A DNA stretch of 24,000 bases from an uncultured Anaerolineae bacterium. GTDB taxonomy: Bacteria > Chloroflexota > Anaerolineae > JAFGEY01. Under the pieces are notes generated by a model. The model was not told the origin of the DNA. It was given only the letters and a program-made list of their open reading frames with translations, and did no database searches. A program made the translations under genes and the position numbers. The stretch is taken from positions 6,554-30,553 of the forward strand of contig CAYRXM010000009.1 in assembly GCA_964428175.1 (NCBI GenBank), written 5' to 3'. This document shows, in pieces, positions 15,301-20,200 of the stretch. Positions within the stretch are counted from its first letter, which is position 1. The number at the start of each line of letters is the position of its first letter.

Positions 15301-15480
15301 TTTATCTTCCGGCTGGTCGGGCCAGAGCAGGCCGGCCAACGCGCTGCGGCTGTGCGAGCGGTCTCTTTCGACGGCCAGATAAGCCAGCAGCGCGCGCGTT
15401 TTTTCGGTGGCAAAGCTAAGCGGCCTGTCGTCCAGCGATGCCTGGAGTGAGCCGAGTAGCGAGATGGACAGGCAGAACAT
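12322..15480 (-). CDS. SARP/AfsR-type regulator: OmpR-like wHTH + BTAD + NB-ARC (STAND) ATPase + TPR array (1052 aa)
   Basis: The N-terminus is LSISLLGSLQASLDDRPLSF..KTRALLAYLAV...LWPD...ARQNLRQTLLYLRQSLG (wHTH). A BTAD region follows (LYRGDFL...WHEEAHRALMRLL...AL.QY..CREAL..ELDIEP). Walker A is LVGPGGIGKTRLA and Walker B is LLLVLDNLEH. The C-terminal ~400 aa consist of repeated TPR-like units (LGNLG..G.Y..A). I chose ATG 15480 with GAGG ~8 nt upstream. Confidence 0.9.
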   Translation of the reverse strand: MFCLSISLLGSLQASLDDRPLSFATEKTRALLAYLAVERDRSHSRSALAGLLWPDQPEDKARQNLRQTLLYLRQSLGEDQSGTDALLQASRESVQFDAQAQSNVDIAHFVALDEACRQHRHTRLSACRPCLLRLAQMVELYRGDFLSGLDVDDSDLYQEWALLKREWLRRRAIEALSVLSLYQERRGNYARALGYAQRQVEMEPWHEEAHRALMRLLAFDGQRGAALTQYRACREALDRELDIEPTTETTALFEQIRAGQLQAEPPHNNLPPAAAVFVGRQDELSELAERLAAPDCRLLALVGPGGIGKTRLALQAAADQLGLFAHGVYVVHLAAVPGPDLVMPAIAGVIGCPLSGRGDVRAQLSDYLREKELLLVLDNLEHLLPAAVALVELLKGAPGLKLLITSRERLNLKEAWTYAVEGLPYPSETQAADPSCDAVELFVQSARRTHRHFDPAAEMPGIVRICRLVEGMPLGIELAAAWAHERACTQIADEIAESLDALSAVWIDAPERHRSVRAAFESSWHLLSGPERTALSRLSVFRGGFTLAAANQIAGAGPEQLAALTDRSLLRRSGDDRFEIHELLRQYAADKLAEQGETQKQTLAGHGAFYLRLLQEQAPHLQGAEQAVALAHIGGEIDNVRAAWRWAVWAGQGGLIDGMIESLGLYYEIQSWYQEGFDAFGLAADQWAAGSVPGALAGRIWAWQGRFAYHLGHNEESLALEERARDALDEGSERVLALNTIGNLLTDRGDYARAEQSLQEALVASRTSGDLHDLSLTLASLLDMDALRGQFAEAETWAREGLEACQQTGDRRSIAVALGNLGRICGIVGEYEQAGQHIQAALDIYRALDSRRGIATSLHNLSTLAYIDGDYARTRQLRLEALQICRDIGFRWGVASSLKGLGDVARQMGDHEQALRYLDESLTIHRALGDRWNEANLLNSLAGVAREQGSPAQSWQFYRQALQIASDIEAGTVIVAVLSGMAGLLAAQGQDEQALEVLAFALAHPAGEQQSRADMEQLQSEVSARLPARAAQAAQQRGQAESLAEIAVRLLR

Positions 15481-15522
15481 GGGTAACCTCAAGGAAACGA
15501 GTCAAGATGTGAATGGACGTCT

Positions 15523-15551
15523 ATTATATCCTGTCCGGCGGCTGAGGGCAA
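15523..15551 (-). promoter_or_regulatory. Sigma70-like promoter TTGCCC-17-TATAAT for the SARP-family regulator gene
   Basis: On the minus strand, TTGCCC is at 15551-15546 and TATAAT at 15528-15523, with a 17-nt spacer. It lies ~40 nt upstream of ATG 15480. Confidence 0.5.
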
Positions 15552-15568
15552 GATGCAGTGGGGTGGGG

Positions 15569-15610
15569 TTATGACGTTTTTGTGACGGTCATTTGGTATA
15601 CTGGTCACAG
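15569..15610 (+). promoter_or_regulatory. Extended -10 promoter (TGgTATACT) with two upstream 11-bp-phased direct repeats TTRTGACG (SARP-box-like)
   Basis: TTATGACG is at 15569-15576 and TTGTGACG at 15580-15587, an 11-nt phase. TATACT is at 15597-15602 and is preceded by TGg. There is no good -35 hexamer. An inverted copy TGGTCACA lies at 15602-15609. Confidence 0.45.
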
Positions 15611-15643
15611 TGTTGTTCCAGGTGCTGGCAGCGAGGTAAGATT

Positions 15644-15835
15644 ATGTCTGTTCAATTGACGGAAAGACAGGCTTTGGGCTTGAAGCGGCTCAAGCAAGGC
15701 GGCAAGGCCACGCTGATCATTGTAGCCGTCGTGGGGGGACTGCTGTTGTGCTGTCTGTGCGCCTCTGCCGTGGCGACGATTCTGCTGTGGCCGAACATTG
15801 TCGAATTTTTGGGCCTGTTTTTTGTGCCGGTCTAG
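15644..15835 (+). CDS. Small membrane protein (63 aa, one long hydrophobic segment, CC/C-rich)
   Basis: ATG 15644 is preceded by GAGG with a 7-nt spacer. The sequence is MSVQLTERQALGLKRLKQGGKATLIIVAVVGGLLLCCLCASAVATILLWPNIVEFLGLFFVPV. I recognise no family. Confidence 0.5.
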   Translation: MSVQLTERQALGLKRLKQGGKATLIIVAVVGGLLLCCLCASAVATILLWPNIVEFLGLFFVPV

Positions 15836-15887
15836 CTGAACCCGGATCGATGGCGAACCGCCCGGCAGTGCCCAAGGAGGCATAGGT

Positions 15888-16100
15888 GTGATGGAGCACC
15901 CATATCGATACATATCCTATTTGCTGCGCCTGTGGCAGACGCAGGATGGCGGTCGGCTGGTGTGGCGTTGTTCGCTGGAAAGCCCCGGCACGGGCGAACG
16001 GCACGGTTTTGCCAACCTGCAAGACCTGTTCGATTTTTTATGTGTGCAGACGCTGCCCTCACTTTCCCAGACAAGCCAAGACGATCTGGGTCAGGAGTGA
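15888..16100 (+). CDS. Small soluble hypothetical protein (70 aa), motif YLLRLWQ...WRCSLESPGTGERHGFANLQDLFDFL
   Basis: A strong AAGGAGG (15874-15880) lies 7 nt before GTG 15888 and 10 nt before ATG 15891. From memory only, this resembles small proteins or N-terminal modules found near large regulators in Chloroflexota, Cyanobacteria and Actinobacteria. I have not verified this. Confidence 0.6.
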   Translation: MMEHPYRYISYLLRLWQTQDGGRLVWRCSLESPGTGERHGFANLQDLFDFLCVQTLPSLSQTSQDDLGQE

Positions 16101-16107
16101 ATTTCGA

Positions 16108-17265
16108 ATGAAAGCAATGTACAATCGCCTGCTTGTAGCGATCAGCGTATTGATTCTGCTGTCGCTGGGGTGTGGGCTGGCCGGCCGGACGGCTGTTCCG
16201 CCAACGGCGACCCCGCTCGCCGAGGCGACCCCGCTCGCCGAGGCAGCCCCGCTCAGTGCGACGCTTGCGCCCACCGCGACGCTTGCGCCCACCGCGACGC
16301 CAACGGCGACCACGCCACCCACACACACGCCACTGCCCTCTACGGCGACGCCGGTCGCCACCCCAACGCCCCTTTCGCCCTCCCCTATGCCGGATTCCAC
16401 CCCGACCGCCGTTGCAGACGCCGCGAGCGGGCCGCGCGTGCTGTGGCGCGCCGGCGGCAAGGATGTGTTCAGCACCCTGGGCGGGTTGGACATCGACGGC
16501 GAGCGCGTCTATGTGGCCGATGCCTACCGGGGCGCGCTGGTTTTCGATTTGCAAGGCAACCTGCTCGATGTTCTTGCCCTGGGCGAGATGGGCTATGTGG
16601 TCGATGTCAAGGTGGGGCCGCAAGGGCGTGTCTATATGGCCGACCGCGGCCTGGGGCTGGTGGCGATGTTTGACGCCGGCGGCGACCTGTTGGGCGCGTT
16701 CGGGGTCGGCCTGTTTGGCTCCGACGCGCTGTGCGGGCTGGCCATTGACTCGACGGGACAGGTCTTTGCGCTCGACCACGCGCTGAACGATGCAGGTCGC
16801 CCGATTTCGCGCGTGCAGGTGTTCGACGCTGACGGCCGCCCGCTGGACAGCCTGATGCTGGGGCCGGGCCACGAGTGGTCGGCGCTGGCCTTTGACCCCG
16901 ACGATATGCTGCTGGCGGTTCACCCCGATGGCTACCTGGCCGAGTTTGCCTCCGAAAACGGCATGCTCATCCAACGCCTGGGATTGGACGCGCTGCGCGA
17001 CCGCCTGCCGGTTGCCCTCGCCGTCGACGCGGACGGTACGATGTATGTGACCACCCAAATCCCCGCTGCTGTGGCCGTTCTTGACTTGATGGGCGAATTT
17101 ATCGAGTGGCTGGGCGAGGAAACGGTGCGCACCGATGAGGGCTGGCCGGAAGGCGAATTTTTGTTCCCGTTTGGCGTAGCCGTCAGCGCCGATGGACGAT
17201 ATGTCGTTATGGGGGATACATTTGAATCGTTTGCTTTTATCACTACATGGGAGATGAAAAAATGA
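16108..17265 (+). CDS. NHL-repeat beta-propeller lipoprotein with a Pro/Thr/Ala-rich linker (385 aa)
   Basis: The signal peptide MKAMYNRLLVAISVLILLSLGC has a lipobox (LSLG-C). The PT-rich linker reads TATPLAEATPLAEAAPLSATLAPTATLAPTATPTATTPP. Repeated units such as RVYVADAYRGALVFDLQGNLL, GRVYMADRGLGLVAMFDAGGDLLGAFG and GTMYVTT are typical of NHL repeats. The TGA stop overlaps the next gene's ATG. Confidence 0.8.
   Translation: MKAMYNRLLVAISVLILLSLGCGLAGRTAVPPTATPLAEATPLAEAAPLSATLAPTATLAPTATPTATTPPTHTPLPSTATPVATPTPLSPSPMPDSTPTAVADAASGPRVLWRAGGKDVFSTLGGLDIDGERVYVADAYRGALVFDLQGNLLDVLALGEMGYVVDVKVGPQGRVYMADRGLGLVAMFDAGGDLLGAFGVGLFGSDALCGLAIDSTGQVFALDHALNDAGRPISRVQVFDADGRPLDSLMLGPGHEWSALAFDPDDMLLAVHPDGYLAEFASENGMLIQRLGLDALRDRLPVALAVDADGTMYVTTQIPAAVAVLDLMGEFIEWLGEETVRTDEGWPEGEFLFPFGVAVSADGRYVVMGDTFESFAFITTWEMKK
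16207..16296 (+). repeat. In-frame tandem 18-nt duplications in the PT-rich linker
   Basis: GCGACCCCGCTCGCCGAG occurs twice (16207-16242), followed by a partial third unit. ACGCTTGCGCCCACCGCG occurs twice (16261-16296). These encode ATPLAE x2 and TLAPTA x2. Confidence 0.85.
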
Positions 17266-20200
17266 AACAGCGAATGACGTGTTGGGTATTGCACTTGTTG
17301 ATGATCTCAGTCTTGATGACATCAAGTATCTTTGTTAACGTCAAAGCGTCGCCAACGGTTGCGCCCCGCGTGCAAGTCAGCGCGGCGGGAGATTGGGTGA
17401 ACTATGGCGCGCCGCAGGCGTTGGACGCCGGGCCGGTGGCCCAGGCTGCCGCCGCGCGCCCGCTCTCGCTGGCCGCCGCCGATTTGAACCTGGACGGCCA
17501 ACCCGAGATCGTCGCCGGCTATGCTATCGATGGGGGCGGGCTGGCAGTCGTCTACTATACCGTGAACGGCGGCGCGGCGCAGAGCCTGGCGCTGCCCATC
17601 GCGCCCGATTTTCTGCACGCCGGCGATTTCAACGCCGACGGCCAGCCCGATCTGGTGGCGGCAGCGCGCGGCAGCGATGTGCTGTGGTTTTTGCCCGGCA
17701 ATGGCGCGGGCGGCCTGGGGGCGGCGGAAGCGCTCGCCTTGCCCGGCAACGTCACCGCGCTGGCAGCCGGCGAACTCTATCGCAAGGATGGGCTGATCGA
17801 CTTGGCCGTAGGCATCGCCGGGGCGCAAGGCGCGCAGCTGCTCGTTTTTGTGGGAGAACAAGGCGCGCAGGCGGCCGCGCCCGAGCGTTTCGACCTGCCC
17901 GCGCCGGCCGTGGCGCTGGCCTTCGGCCAGCTGGACGACGATTATCCTTACGATCTCGCCGCCGTCGCCGGCCGGTCGCTGATCGTCTTGCGCGGCGTCG
18001 ATCACCTGGCTGTCGATCGCGCGGCCCCGACATTGGAAAGCGTTGACCTGGACTTTGAGGCGGTTTCCCTGACCATCGGTGATTGGAACTATGATCAATC
18101 GCGCGGCATCGCCCTGCTCGGCGCAGATGGGCAGGTGCGGGTGGCGAACAGCGTTTCAATTTCAGATTTGACGTTTGACGTTTTACCCGGCTCGCAGCCG
18201 GTGAGCGGCAGCGCGCAGCTCCTCCGCGCCAAGACCTCCAGCCTGCCGGCCGACGATCTGCTGGTGGCCGGTGGGCGACAGGTGCGGGTTCTCACCGCCG
18301 ACGGGCGCCGGATGAACGCACAGGGGATTTATGAGCAGGCCGCAGCGCCGGGCGCGCTGGCCGCGCTCGACGCCGCCGCGCCGGTGGTCGCCATGCTGGC
18401 TGTGCGCCTCAACGATGATGCGCTGGACGACCTGGTGATTTTGACCGAGGGCGCGCCGGCGCCCCTGACCATCATCACGGCGGCGGTGCGCACGTTTGTC
18501 GTCAAGGAGCCATGGGGCGCCTACCCCGATGCCAACCCCGGCGACGGCGTATGCGCCAGCCCCGTTTACCATTTTGGCGGCCCCTACTGCACTCTGCGCG
18601 CGGCCATTATGGAGGCCAACGCCAGCCCCGGCCTGGACAGGATTCTTTTCGACACCGCTAGAATCAGCCGGGTCATCACCATGCTAGGCGGCGAATTCGG
18701 CGACGCGATCCTGCCCACCATCACCGAAGCGGTAGAGATTATTGGCGACGGTGACTGGGAACGTCAGAAAATCGATGGCCGGCTGGTCGAGCCGGCCAAG
18801 CCGGTTCTGCTGGTCAATGCCAGCGGCGTCACGATTATCCACTTGAACATGTACAATTTTGTCCGAACCAGCGAAGACAACCCGGTGATCAAGGTGCTGG
18901 GCGGCGCCAACAACGAGATCCGCAGCTGCATCATCGGCCCCCGCAACACCGGCGCCGGCATCGAACTGGTCGGCGGCGATACCCGGCTGAGCTGGAACGT
19001 CATTTCGGGCAATCACCGCACCGGTGTGCATATCAACGGCGGCGATGGGCACACCATCAGCAGCAACAACTTTATCGGCCTGCCGCCCGAGTCTAACAAC
19101 TATGCCAGCACCACCGGCAACCATACCGGCGTCAAAATCAGCAGCGGCACGTATGCCCAGGTGGGCGGCGGGTCATATACGCGCAACGTGATTTCGGGCA
19201 ACCGCGACACGGGTATTGTCATCGCCGGCGGCAGCGGCGCGCTGATCCTCAACAACTATATCGGTCTGCACGAAGAGGGCCTGACCGGATTGGGCAACCA
19301 GTTCGGCGTCAAGTTGATCGGCGGCGCGGCAACGACGATCGGCAACGGCACGGCCGCCGGACGCAACCTGATTGGCGGCAATGACCATTCGGGCATCCAA
19401 GCGGCTGACAGTACGATTTCAGAGCTGGTCGTCAACGGCAACTATATCGGCGTGAATGTTTCAGGCGACGCATCCCTGCCCAACCGGCAGCGCGGCGTCG
19501 TGTTGTCCTCCACCAACCCGGCGCAGGTGCGTAACAATGTGCTCGGCTGCGGCACGAGCGCCGCCATCTGCATGGAAATAACCGGCTCCAATTGGACCGT
19601 CGCCCACGAGATCAACAGTAACCACATCGGCGCCGACCCCACCGGCGCGATCAACCTGGGCGGCGGGGTGAAGGGCGTGTCGATCAAGGGCGTCCATGGG
19701 GTGCAATTCGATGGCAACCACATCCGACACAGCGGCCAGGATGGTCTGAGCCTTGTGACATCCAGTGACAATACCATCAGCAACAACCACATCCTCTACA
19801 GTGGGCAACACGGCGTGCTGATCGACGCGGATAACAATACGCTGAGCGGCAACGTGGTCTCGTTTAGCGGCGTGGTGGGCATCAAGGTGCTGAGCAACGA
19901 CAACACGCTGACCAACAACACCATCAGCAGCGTCAGAGCCACGGGCAGCGAGTCAGAGACCGGACTGGAGGTGTTGGGGAGGAACAACGAGATCGCCGGC
20001 GGCGGCGCGCCGATTGTCGGCGGCCTGTTCGCGGTCAAACTGATTGGCAACAACAACAATCTCAGCGGCCATGAAATCAGCGACGCCGACGTGGGCGTGT
20101 TTGTCTCCGGCGAGGACAACGTTGTCGGCCCCGACAACCTCATTCACTCCAACTGGGTTGGGGTTGACGTGGCCTCGTCGGCCCGCCGCGCCGTGATCAA

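Noticed and set aside
12322-15480. The NB-ARC/TPR STAND protein considered as an Avs-like antiphage defence gene.
   Set aside because: The N-terminal module is a canonical SARP DNA-binding wHTH plus BTAD rather than a nuclease, protease or other effector. Its context (a divergent promoter with phased direct repeats) fits a transcriptional activator.
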